Origin: a virus
Taxonomy: Duplodnaviria > Caudoviricetes
Strand: one strand, 5' to 3'
Virus record (IMG/VR): IMGVR_UViG_3300005440_000008
Span: 32,001-96,000 of that record
DNA: 64,000 nt
The notes beneath the pieces were generated by a model. It was given only the letters and a program-made list of their open reading frames with translations, did no database searches and was not told the DNA's origin. The translations under genes were made by a program, and so were the position numbers. Position 1 is the first letter of the stretch. Every line of letters begins with the position of its first letter. Shown here in pieces: positions 16,901-24,424 of this stretch.

Positions 16901-19875
16901 TAGTAGAGCGCCCACAAGGCGGCGTCGGCCTCGAGCGCCTGGGTCAGCGTGATGTTCCCGTCCTCGAGGTCCTTGGCGAAGCCGGCTGCGGCTTGGTCCC
17001 GCTTCTGCTGGAGGGCATCAAGCGCCGTCGTGATGTCCGGCTGCCCGATCGCCGCCGCGTCCCGGCGGAGGGTCGTGATGCCGTCCGTGACGCGCTGCTG
17101 GGCCTCGAGGCTCTTCGCGCCCCACTCCGCGACCATGGCGAGGGACTGCTTGAACATCGCCAGGTCGAGGTCCCCCCACTTGGCCGTCAGCGCCTCGCGG
17201 CCCATGAGGATCTGGTGGTTGGCGGTCTCGTGCTCCTTGGTCACCTTGGCGCGCATCTCGATCTCGTCCTTGCCTGCCTTGGAGGCGAGGAAGAGCCCGC
17301 GGCCGTAGGCCTTGTCCGCGATGCGCTGGCGCTCGTCAAACAGCGTCGCCTCGTTCGCGAGGAGCGCCATGTCGCGGGTCTGGTCGCTCAGGATCTCCGC
17401 CTTGGCCGCGCGCTCGAACTGCACCCGGAGGAGATCGACGCGATTGGTGGCCAGGCGCGTCGAGCGCTCGAGCGCCGCCTCCTCGCGCTTCATCTGGGCC
17501 TCGGAGAACACGATGAGGTCGGTCTGTCGCGCGCCGAGCTGTCGCTTGAACGTCTCGTTGTCGAGCCCCTGCTGCTTGGCCATCTCGTCGCCGAGCGCGC
17601 GCTGCTGCGCGACCGCCTGCTCGCCCGTGGCCTTCTGGGTCGCGAGCGCCTGACGCCCCCGCTCGCGCAGGTAGTCGATGAGATCGAGCGGGACGACGAA
17701 GCCCAGGAGGAAGCGGGCCACCTTGGGGCCCGTGGTCTTGGCTTCCTCGAGGAGCCAGCTGAAGAGGCTCGTGATCTTTTCCTTGAAGAGGTCCTGGAGC
17801 TCGGCGGGGACCAGGCCCAAGAGGGCGCTGCCGAGGTCCATGGCGCCGGCCTTCACGGCCGCCCAGACCTGGCCGGCCACGGATCGAATCGACTGGAGCG
17901 CCGTCGTTGCCGACCCCGCGATGGCGGCCCACGCATCGCCGCCCACCGCCTTCAGACCTTCCCAGACCTCGAGCACGGTCTGCTTGAACGCCACAAAGGC
18001 CTTGGCGCCGGCCTCCGTGCGCGTGATGAGGAGGTAGAGGGCGGCCCCCGTCGCTGCCAGGCCGGCCACGAACAGAAGGATCGGGCCAGCCCCGATCGCG
18101 GCTAGCGTGGCGCCGAGCGCCTTCAGGAGCCCGCCCACGAGGCCCAGGCCCGGGATCCAGGCGCCGATCGCCCGGCTCCCGGTCAGGAAGGCCTCGACGA
18201 GCACCAGGACGGCCCGGGACCCCACGAGCTTGGCCAGGACGTCGGCGAGCCCCGTGAAGCCCGCCATGGCGCGGAAGACCAGGCCGGACAGCAGCGTGAG
18301 GCCGCCACCGATGGCGAGGAAGGACCCGGCGGCGGCCACCGCCACACCCCCGATGTCGAGCGCCAGCGGGAACTGCCGGGCCGTGTTCACGAAGGTCTGC
18401 ATCGCGCTGATCGCGATCTTCATGGGGCCCAGGAACATGGTGCCGATCGTGATGCCCACGTCGGTGAGGCCGGCGAGGAGGATCTTGAACTGCTGCGCCG
18501 TCGTCGCGATGCGCTTGTTGAACTCCTCCGTCGTGGCCCCCCCGGTCCGGAACTGCGCCATGGCGAGCTGGGTCTGCTCCCGCAGCAGGCCGATGTCCTT
18601 GTTGAGCACGCCGGTCGCGTTCGCGGACGAGAGGAACGCGCGGCCCATGCGGGCGCCGTCGAGCCCCATGGCGTCGAGGATCACGGATGCCTGCTTGCCG
18701 CTCTTGCCCAGGCCCTCCACGAAGAGGATGAAGGCCTCGAGCGGGTCGGTGCTGAACAGGTGCTTGAAGTCCTCCGCCGTCTTGACGGCCTGGCTTCCGG
18801 TGAGCGCGGCCGTCTTCGCGAACACGTTCAGCATGCCGCTGCCGGACTGCACCGCCTGGTGCATCTGCAGGAACATTTCCTGGACGGCGGTGCCGCCGGC
18901 CTCCGCCTGGATGCCCGTCGACGCGAACGCGGAGGAGAGCCCCATCAGCTGTGCCGACGTCAGGCCGATGACGCCGCCCGCGCCGGCGATGCGCTTCGTG
19001 AACTCGAGGATCTGGCCCTCGTTCGTCTTGGACTTGTTGCCGAGCTCGACGAGGACGTCGCCCATCCGGTCGATGCTCTTGATGGGCTCGTTCAGGATGC
19101 CGGCGATCTGGGCGAAGCCGGTGGCGATCTCCTCGGTCGTGAGTCCGGTGGCCACGCCCACCTTGGCCACGGTCTCGGCGAACTTCGTGAGGTCCTCGAC
19201 ACCGCGCACGCCGAGCTGGCCGCCAATCTGCCCGATGCGGGCGAACTCGGTGGCCGCGATGCCGGTCTCCGTGGCCAGGCGACGGAAGCTCGTCGCGAGC
19301 TGCCCGAAGGCCTCCTCCGATTGCTGGGCCGAGAGGCCGGCGAACTCGACGGTCTTCCGGACGCCGGCGAACGCCTCCTCGAACTTGATCACGTCCCGGA
19401 TGGCCAGCACGATGCCGCCGGTCAGGGCGGCGCCGACCGCGCCCACCGCGATCCCCACGGCCGTGAGCGACCGCCCGATCTGATACCACCGGCTGCTGAA
19501 CTGCTCCGCCGCGGCCCCCGCCGCCGTGAGGGCCCCCACCCAGCGCTGCTGGAGGAGGGTCGCCTGCTCGCGGATCACCTCCTGCATTGGCCGGGCGGCC
19601 GACATGAACATCCCGATGCTCGACGCGTAGCCGCGCGCGCCGGCGACCATGCTCAGCGCGAGCTCCTGGTTCCGGCGCGTGAGCGCCTCGAAGCCCTCGG
19701 CGCCGCCGGCACGCTGGAACTGCGCGAGCGCCTGCCCGTAGCCGCTCGCGGCCTGCGTGTAGAGCTGCTGCACCTGGCCGAGCGACTGCTGGGTCAGGGC
19801 CTTCATGCGGCCCATGGCCTGCTCGTAGGGCGTGAGGTCCGCGCCGATGCGGACGTTCATCTCCCGGTCGGCCAT
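13903..19875 (-). CDS. Tail tape measure protein (TP901-like core)
   Basis: 1990 aa; FEEAFAGVRKTV, IGGQLGV, AEAGGTA; helical Ala-rich body; C-terminal YHEGGLV..GEVP.LA..GE.VMN and TVNITIQGD. Confidence 0.97.
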   Translation of the reverse strand: MADREMNVRIGADLTPYEQAMGRMKALTQQSLGQVQQLYTQAASGYGQALAQFQRAGGAEGFEALTRRNQELALSMVAGARGYASSIGMFMSAARPMQEVIREQATLLQQRWVGALTAAGAAAEQFSSRWYQIGRSLTAVGIAVGAVGAALTGGIVLAIRDVIKFEEAFAGVRKTVEFAGLSAQQSEEAFGQLATSFRRLATETGIAATEFARIGQIGGQLGVRGVEDLTKFAETVAKVGVATGLTTEEIATGFAQIAGILNEPIKSIDRMGDVLVELGNKSKTNEGQILEFTKRIAGAGGVIGLTSAQLMGLSSAFASTGIQAEAGGTAVQEMFLQMHQAVQSGSGMLNVFAKTAALTGSQAVKTAEDFKHLFSTDPLEAFILFVEGLGKSGKQASVILDAMGLDGARMGRAFLSSANATGVLNKDIGLLREQTQLAMAQFRTGGATTEEFNKRIATTAQQFKILLAGLTDVGITIGTMFLGPMKIAISAMQTFVNTARQFPLALDIGGVAVAAAGSFLAIGGGLTLLSGLVFRAMAGFTGLADVLAKLVGSRAVLVLVEAFLTGSRAIGAWIPGLGLVGGLLKALGATLAAIGAGPILLFVAGLAATGAALYLLITRTEAGAKAFVAFKQTVLEVWEGLKAVGGDAWAAIAGSATTALQSIRSVAGQVWAAVKAGAMDLGSALLGLVPAELQDLFKEKITSLFSWLLEEAKTTGPKVARFLLGFVVPLDLIDYLRERGRQALATQKATGEQAVAQQRALGDEMAKQQGLDNETFKRQLGARQTDLIVFSEAQMKREEAALERSTRLATNRVDLLRVQFERAAKAEILSDQTRDMALLANEATLFDERQRIADKAYGRGLFLASKAGKDEIEMRAKVTKEHETANHQILMGREALTAKWGDLDLAMFKQSLAMVAEWGAKSLEAQQRVTDGITTLRRDAAAIGQPDITTALDALQQKRDQAAAGFAKDLEDGNITLTQALEADAALWALYYVQVRDLSRPFWESEEERTKKNYDALQRFLDDSLSRRRLSQEEYDAAIQRLTGKRFAAEESARQAEVQVTVDANLAKLKGWDDTERKRLAIEAGTIQKLQALREQDMDNAAAIAAERLKGFEDASIREIEIAAKTADAILRQRDRELNALRALNGMQKALAIQEAATYQQRAQFVGDYAGFVIGTVRLIGAEMDTVWEGIDRMLRGIASSMTRSLSDLFFNVITGETKSLMDVFKQLGQSMLRTITDFLASAAVKAFLGFLSNVLFGSSGGGGITIGGTGGSGGGFSVDGSTIGGAGGLLGGVLKVFGGGSNGSGAFVTPNTSAGGTIVGGNTGAPGIFDAAGNFSGTTGGFDWGGATLGGTSLDTSGFDFGNFDFGSVGAGIDYSGMTTVAMPLSAGADPTYGGVFGGDVPTGAGPWIGLNDTVTSSRMLDSAGGLFSGAAGAANVGGGLAGIYQGSQSGNPAGIGLGTLQAIRGISSLASTFPEQTSSGLSSLGFAGGAGTALTAVGGAAGALAGLYGIYQGIQTGGAIGAGQIAFGTLGAAAGTGALLSTGLLGGTAAVGTAGAAGFVPATGLAAAGGVISGVGITLAPIAAVGAIAFMNMLHKEQERVINQTQESAEIRRAFDEALPKLQLAAAVTAGLGEINAMAPDAQLRALQAAFPIMQAGIATISPISNLLSTGGTGGAASQIKELGPEVIATLQQQIAPLQVASVFGYMRVADALAARGVMLPAQPAGTNEDFLGLVRQLQQYAGLPAGFDPLDWVSSHSGLYDLIGPGNLERSALGLFGAMNPGFASSDAAVIGSALPQIALPAGTTQAALDAMAQGYGTARAGDLQARLAEFMAEDVYGRKQLVDYIVRQGDIGALMRIGMPGFAQAYMSAHGISTEDLFRVAPGLTDMTSGLGLYHEGGLVRGSGEVPVLAEGGEIVMNRRAAALHYDDLMAWNEGRDGSGTAITVNITIQGDAKDPRGLAEQVAREFDEILRRRNRRSFTAGDPRL

Positions 19876-20447
19876 CAGGCCACTCCGCGGCGCTGGCGGA
19901 TCTGCGCCTCGAGCGCGCCGCGCATCTCGACGAGCGAGACCGAGACCATGCCGGCGGGCGCCTGCCGCGAGCTGCCGGCCTCGAGGTACACCATGTAGGC
20001 CACGTTGGTGCCGACAACCGCCTGGAACGGCCCCGGCGGCGTGATCGTTCGGAGCATCCCGTCGAAGCTCTGCCCGTGACTATCGGTGTACGTGTAGCTA
20101 TCCGGCTGACCCGGCAGGACCACGTGCCAGGAGTTCCGGGCCCGCCCGGTGTCCACGGGCGTCCGCATCTGGATCCGTGCGAGCAGCTCGAGGCTGACCG
20201 TGACCACCGCGTCCTGCACGTCGCGCCCGAGGGCCTCGGCCCACCGGGCGAGCGTCTCGTTCAGCCCGTCGATATTGACCTCGACCCAGATCAGGCCGGA
20301 GGTGGACCGGGCGATGGCGGCGCCGGACCAGAGTCGAGCGGGCGCGCCGACCTTGATCCCGGGCACGGTCGCGAACGGGCGCGCGGCGGAGACGAAGCGC
20401 CCGCTGAAGGGCGATCGGCCCGCCGGCATCGACACGAGCGCGGGCAT
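19875..20447 (-). CDS. HK97 gp10-like tail completion protein
   Basis: RTPVDTGRARNSW...VGTNVAY..YLE.GSSRQAPAGMV. Confidence 0.85.
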   Translation of the reverse strand: MPALVSMPAGRSPFSGRFVSAARPFATVPGIKVGAPARLWSGAAIARSTSGLIWVEVNIDGLNETLARWAEALGRDVQDAVVTVSLELLARIQMRTPVDTGRARNSWHVVLPGQPDSYTYTDSHGQSFDGMLRTITPPGPFQAVVGTNVAYMVYLEAGSSRQAPAGMVSVSLVEMRGALEAQIRQRRGVA

Positions 20448-20449
20448 GG

Positions 20450-21276
20450 TCAGCGGCGCCCCGCGGCCGCGCGCGCCTCGAACTCCTGCTGCTGCCGCCG
20501 GAGATTCGCGCGTGTCAGCCGCCACCGGTAGAACGCGTCCATCTCTCTCCTGACGTCGGGCGGGACCAGCTGCGCCAGGGCGAATCCCTGGCGCGTGCCG
20601 TCCGCCGTGACGAGCTCGAGGCGCACCGTCCGGCCCTCCACCCAGTGGGGCGGCAGGCCCCACGCGAGGCACATCTCGAGAAAGAGGAACCGCTCGGTGA
20701 GGGTATCGGTTACTTCGCCCGACTCGATCCCGAGGGCGGAGTCAAAAAACGCTCCCGCTCCTCCTCACTCCAGGCCGTGAGCTCCATGATCGTCTTCGCG
20801 AGCTCGGCGAAGTGGAGGCCCGACAGCCCGTTGGTCTCGAGCGCCGCGTAGAGCTCCTCGGAGGTGGTGGCGGGGCTGCCGTCGGGCTGCTGCAGCTTCG
20901 ACGCCACGCCCCGCCCGACAACCTCGCGACGGAAGTCGAGCTGGTGCCGCTCCTCCTTCTCGAGGTAGTCGGGATCGCTGTAGTCGGGCATGATCACCCG
21001 CTGCCGTCCCTGCCCCTGGAGATTGAGGCGCCGGCCCTCGTCGCTGGTCGCGTCGATCATCAGGGTCTTGGCCGGCGGCCGCGGGGCCCGCCGGTTCAGC
21101 GTGTCGATCAGCTCCTGCGGGACCGAGACAACCTTGACCCGGATCGCGATCGTCTCGTCGCCCTGCTGGACCTTCAGATAGCAGTAGCCCCACGCGTCCA
21201 GCGCCTTGGTCGGGCCGCCCGGGAGGCTTGCGACCTCCTCGATGTCCACGATCCGCACGTTTCGTTCGCTGCTCAT
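20450..21276 (-). CDS. Tail assembly chaperone GT (programmed -1 frameshift extension)
   Basis: Slippery T TTT TTG at 20749-20743; the -1 frame reads RFFDSALGIESGEVTDTLTERFLFLEMCLAWG into ORF 20450-20674. Confidence 0.8.
20710..21276 (-). CDS. Tail assembly chaperone G
   Basis: Follows the major tail gene; PRPP...PDYSDPDY motif; AGGAG RBS. Confidence 0.85.
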   Translation of the reverse strand: MSSERNVRIVDIEEVASLPGGPTKALDAWGYCYLKVQQGDETIAIRVKVVSVPQELIDTLNRRAPRPPAKTLMIDATSDEGRRLNLQGQGRQRVIMPDYSDPDYLEKEERHQLDFRREVVGRGVASKLQQPDGSPATTSEELYAALETNGLSGLHFAELAKTIMELTAWSEEERERFLTPPSGSSRAK

Positions 21277-21297
21277 CCGTCCGCTCCTGATATTCCC

Positions 21298-21418
21298 GGG
21301 GAGCGCCGACCGGAGACCGGCAGCGACGCCCTCAGTACGCCGTCACCAGCCCCCAACCGACACTCCCCGAGCTGAGGTGTGCATCCCTGTGGTGCGGTCC
21401 AGGCGCGACGGACTGAGG
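21298..21418 (-). ncRNA. Candidate cis-regulatory RNA structure (long G.U-rich hairpin)
   Basis: 23-bp uninterrupted stem (21368-21346 with 21320-21298) containing 8 G.U pairs that forms only on the mRNA strand. Confidence 0.55.
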
Positions 21419-21450
21419 CCGCAACGCGCCCGCGATCTGCTGCGCCGGCG

Positions 21451-22062
21451 TTAACTCTCGACGCCGGCGGTGAAGGCCGTGATGGGCGTGATGGATCCGT
21501 AGATCTCCCCGTTCAGGGCGACCATGACGCTGTCCACACCCTCCGTGAGCTGCTGGTTGGGCGGGAAGTAGACCTCGTTCCAGCGGATCCCCTTGTCCTG
21601 CGTGTTCTGCGGGTCCTCCCACAGGAGCTCGACGTTCACGCAGTGCTTCTCCGAGTCGGAGAACGCGGGCGTGGTGAAGAGCACCTGGCCGAGCGGATCG
21701 TTGTTCTGGAGCTGGGTGGTGCCCTTCGATGAGATCCACGCCCGCCCACCGATGTTCTTGGTCGCGGCCCCCCGCGGGGCTCGGATGATGGTCAGGATCT
21801 TCGAGAAGTTGGGCTCGGTGTTCATGAGCCGGAAGTTGCAGGTGAGGGACTCAGGATTCATCAGCGGGTCGTCCGGCGGCGACACGTAGTGGGCCGTCTC
21901 CGTCGCCCGCCCCCGGTCGAGGACGAGCACCTCGGGCGGCCGCGCGCGATCGACGGGCGCGACCACCGGCCCCCGGAACGGGACCTCGAAGAAGTAGGGC
22001 GTCGGGTTGCCCGAGTAGAACCGGAGCCGGCCGACCTTGATGTAGAAGCTCGATGGGGGCAT
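21451..22062 (-). CDS. Major tail (tube) protein
   Basis: Strong GAGGAGG RBS; 203 aa; between the terminator-like gene and the chaperone. Confidence 0.75.
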   Translation of the reverse strand: MPPSSFYIKVGRLRFYSGNPTPYFFEVPFRGPVVAPVDRARPPEVLVLDRGRATETAHYVSPPDDPLMNPESLTCNFRLMNTEPNFSKILTIIRAPRGAATKNIGGRAWISSKGTTQLQNNDPLGQVLFTTPAFSDSEKHCVNVELLWEDPQNTQDKGIRWNEVYFPPNQQLTEGVDSVMVALNGEIYGSITPITAFTAGVES

Positions 22063-22112
22063 GGCGCACCTCCTCTAGTGGTCCGTGAGAAGTGAATGGC
22101 CTGCGTGGGGGT

Positions 22113-22631
22113 TCATCGACTCACCACCCACGTCTCCGCCCAGCGCAGGGCGAACGCTAAGTTGTGCTGCAGCACGTCCGGCCGATCCGGTGCCGCGACC
22201 GGCTGGTCCGCGAGGATCTCGTCTACGAATAGGTAGCCGATCGTCTCCGCCTCGCCGGCGTGGTCCTTCACGGCGATGCGCGTGCCGGGCATGAGCGGCG
22301 CGGCCGCCAGGTCCCGAATGGTCCAGAGGCGCAGATTGTTGGGCGGGCTCATCTTCGCGGGCCGGACGAAGCAGTTGACGTTCAGGAGCCAGAACATCTC
22401 GCCGCCGCGCGCGTCGGGATCCTGCTCCCCGCCGCGGCCGGCATACGGCCCGGCGAGCACGGCGGGCCGCACGGGCTCGAGGGCCCGGATCTGGAGCCAC
22501 TCCGTAAGATCGCCGTCCTGGAACGGGATCCCGCCGCCGAAGTCGAGGCTGAACGCCGCAAGCTCGGCAGTAAGGTAGACCTGGAGCGAGCCCACCACGT
22601 TGGCCGTCTTCGCCGATTCGTGGAGCGGCAT
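22113..22631 (-). CDS. Tail terminator-like protein
   Basis: Position before the major tail gene; WLQIR, LLNVNCFV, QHNLAFAL. Confidence 0.65.
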   Translation of the reverse strand: MPLHESAKTANVVGSLQVYLTAELAAFSLDFGGGIPFQDGDLTEWLQIRALEPVRPAVLAGPYAGRGGEQDPDARGGEMFWLLNVNCFVRPAKMSPPNNLRLWTIRDLAAAPLMPGTRIAVKDHAGEAETIGYLFVDEILADQPVAAPDRPDVLQHNLAFALRWAETWVVSR

Positions 22632-22912
22632 CAGTTCGCGTCCTCGCGAACTTCCACGGTCACGTCGAGCTCGAGGATGTCGCCCTGCGCCGTGTTCACT
22701 CGGCACGAGACGAGGTAGTCCGTGCCGGCGGCGCCGCTGCTGATCTGGGCGCTCACCAGATTGCCCACGAGCGTCCCGGCGCTGATCGTGAGCCCGGTGG
22801 CGGCCGCCACGCTGGCGATTGTCGTCACGGAGTCGCCCGAGGCGAGTTTCTCCGTGAAGTCGAACGTGAGCGTCCGCTTCTCGGTCGGCTGCTTGCGCCG
22901 GGCTGGGATCAT
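22631..22912 (-). CDS. Small fibre/tail adaptor-like beta protein
   Basis: KQP.E...LTFDF...L..GD.....ISSG..G..Y.V.C.V.T..G pattern. Confidence 0.7.
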   Translation of the reverse strand: MIPARRKQPTEKRTLTFDFTEKLASGDSVTTIASVAAATGLTISAGTLVGNLVSAQISSGAAGTDYLVSCRVNTAQGDILELDVTVEVREDAN

Positions 22913-22915
22913 CGC

Positions 22916-23815
22916 TCATGGCCTCCGGTCGCCCGGCCACCGGCGTCCCGTCACCCGGAACCAGGTGGTGCCCATGACGCTTCGCCACGCTCGGCCGCGG
23001 ATCCACTCGACGACGGGCGCCGGCAGAAGGGCGCCGGCTAGCTCGAGGCCGAGGGCGCCTGCGGAGCCGATCGTGCCGGCGAACCGGAGGAGCGCCACCC
23101 GGAGGAGCGTCCCCGCGGGCACCACTGTGCCGCTGAGCGCCTTGTGAACGACGCGCACGAGCGTCCCGGTCAGCACGATGGTCCCGGCCGCATTCACGAC
23201 CCGCGTGGTCAAGGTCGTGAGCGCGCCCGCGAGGCTGACGGTGCCGGCCGGCCGGAGCTGGGGCACCTTGGCCACGCTGCCGCTCGAGGCGACCGTGCCG
23301 GCCATGGACCGGTTCACCTGGTTCGCGTCGCTGCCCGCCACGCCGACCGTGCCCCCGAGCCCCTTGTTCGCCTGCTTCACGAGCGTGCCCGTGGGCGCGA
23401 TCGTGCCGCCGAAGAGCGTCGTGAGGAGGGTGCGGAGGCTGCCCGCGATCGCCACGCTGCCGCCGTGGAGGAGCTGCGGAACCCGCGTGAGGGCACCGGC
23501 CACCGGGACCGTGCCGGCGAGCGACGTGTTGACCTGGCTCGACTCGGAGCCGCTCGAGGCGACCGTGCCGCTGAGGCCCTTGTTCACCTGTCGAATCAGC
23601 GCGCCACTCGGGGCGACGCTGCCGGCCTGGCTCAGGTTGGGACGACGGATCAGGGCGCCGGCGATCGCCACCACGCCGGCGTAGGTCGTCTGGGCCTGCT
23701 TGGTCAGGATGCCGGCCACCGTGATCGTGCCGCCGACGTCGAGCGTATAGACGGTCGCCCCGCCCAGCGCGGCGCCGGGGATGCCCATGACCGTCAGCCT
23801 GGTGATGTCCGCCAT
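22916..23815 (-). CDS. Fibre protein with ~13 tandem 18-aa repeats
   Basis: GT[VI]xxxGxLx[RK] units, e.g. GTVASSGSESSQVNTSLA / GTVPVAGALTRVPQLLHG. Confidence 0.75.
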   Translation of the reverse strand: MADITRLTVMGIPGAALGGATVYTLDVGGTITVAGILTKQAQTTYAGVVAIAGALIRRPNLSQAGSVAPSGALIRQVNKGLSGTVASSGSESSQVNTSLAGTVPVAGALTRVPQLLHGGSVAIAGSLRTLLTTLFGGTIAPTGTLVKQANKGLGGTVGVAGSDANQVNRSMAGTVASSGSVAKVPQLRPAGTVSLAGALTTLTTRVVNAAGTIVLTGTLVRVVHKALSGTVVPAGTLLRVALLRFAGTIGSAGALGLELAGALLPAPVVEWIRGRAWRSVMGTTWFRVTGRRWPGDRRP

Positions 23816-23818
23816 GCG

Positions 23819-24424
23819 CTACACGATCACGAAGGTGTCCCCGTTCGACGGGGACTCGCCGGTCGGGGTCGCCGAGTAGGTGAGCCGCTTGCTGGACCCG
23901 AGATAGGCCGTGATCGACTGGGCGGAGTCCTTCAGGACCCCGGACGTCCAGAGGATCGCGCGTCCCTTGTAGTGGTCGTCGGTCGCCTCGGTCAGGTTCG
24001 TCGTCGCCTGGGTCGAGGAGAGTGTGCCGGTCACGGCCGCGCCCTCCACGACGGTCCGGGCCGCGTTGGCGGGGACGCGGTTCTCGATCGAGAACTCCGC
24101 GACGACTTCGGCGACCGTCACGCCGTCCACCGTTTCATCCGGGTAGAGCACGACCTGGTAGTCGTGCCCGCTCGCGTAGAACCCGGCATCGGTGTTGTCC
24201 GCCAGGTCTATGGTCACGTGCGTGATGCCCGTCATCGAATCGAAGGGCCCGGTGATCGTGAAGCCAGCCGTCGAAGACCGTTCGGTCGTGCCGTTGTCTT
24301 TGTAGACGCGCAGGTCAGCGGCTTCCCACGCAGACGATTGATCGACGCGCCCGCCACCGAGCTTCCGCGTCGCGAACTTGAAATTGACCGCCGCGCCGAC
24401 CCTGAAGTCTCCGCGATAGCTCAT
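23819..24424 (-). CDS. Virion structural protein
   Basis: Beta-rich; C-terminal TDDHYKGRAILWTSG.L....ITAY.......T..P..GDTF.I module. Confidence 0.7.
   Translation of the reverse strand: MSYRGDFRVGAAVNFKFATRKLGGGRVDQSSAWEAADLRVYKDNGTTERSSTAGFTITGPFDSMTGITHVTIDLADNTDAGFYASGHDYQVVLYPDETVDGVTVAEVVAEFSIENRVPANAARTVVEGAAVTGTLSSTQATTNLTEATDDHYKGRAILWTSGVLKDSAQSITAYLGSSKRLTYSATPTGESPSNGDTFVIV

Noticed and set aside
17336-20017. 893-aa alternative-frame ORF inside the tape measure gene (also 39102-41195)
   Set aside because: Arg/Pro/Gly-rich off-frame read-through caused by GC3 bias
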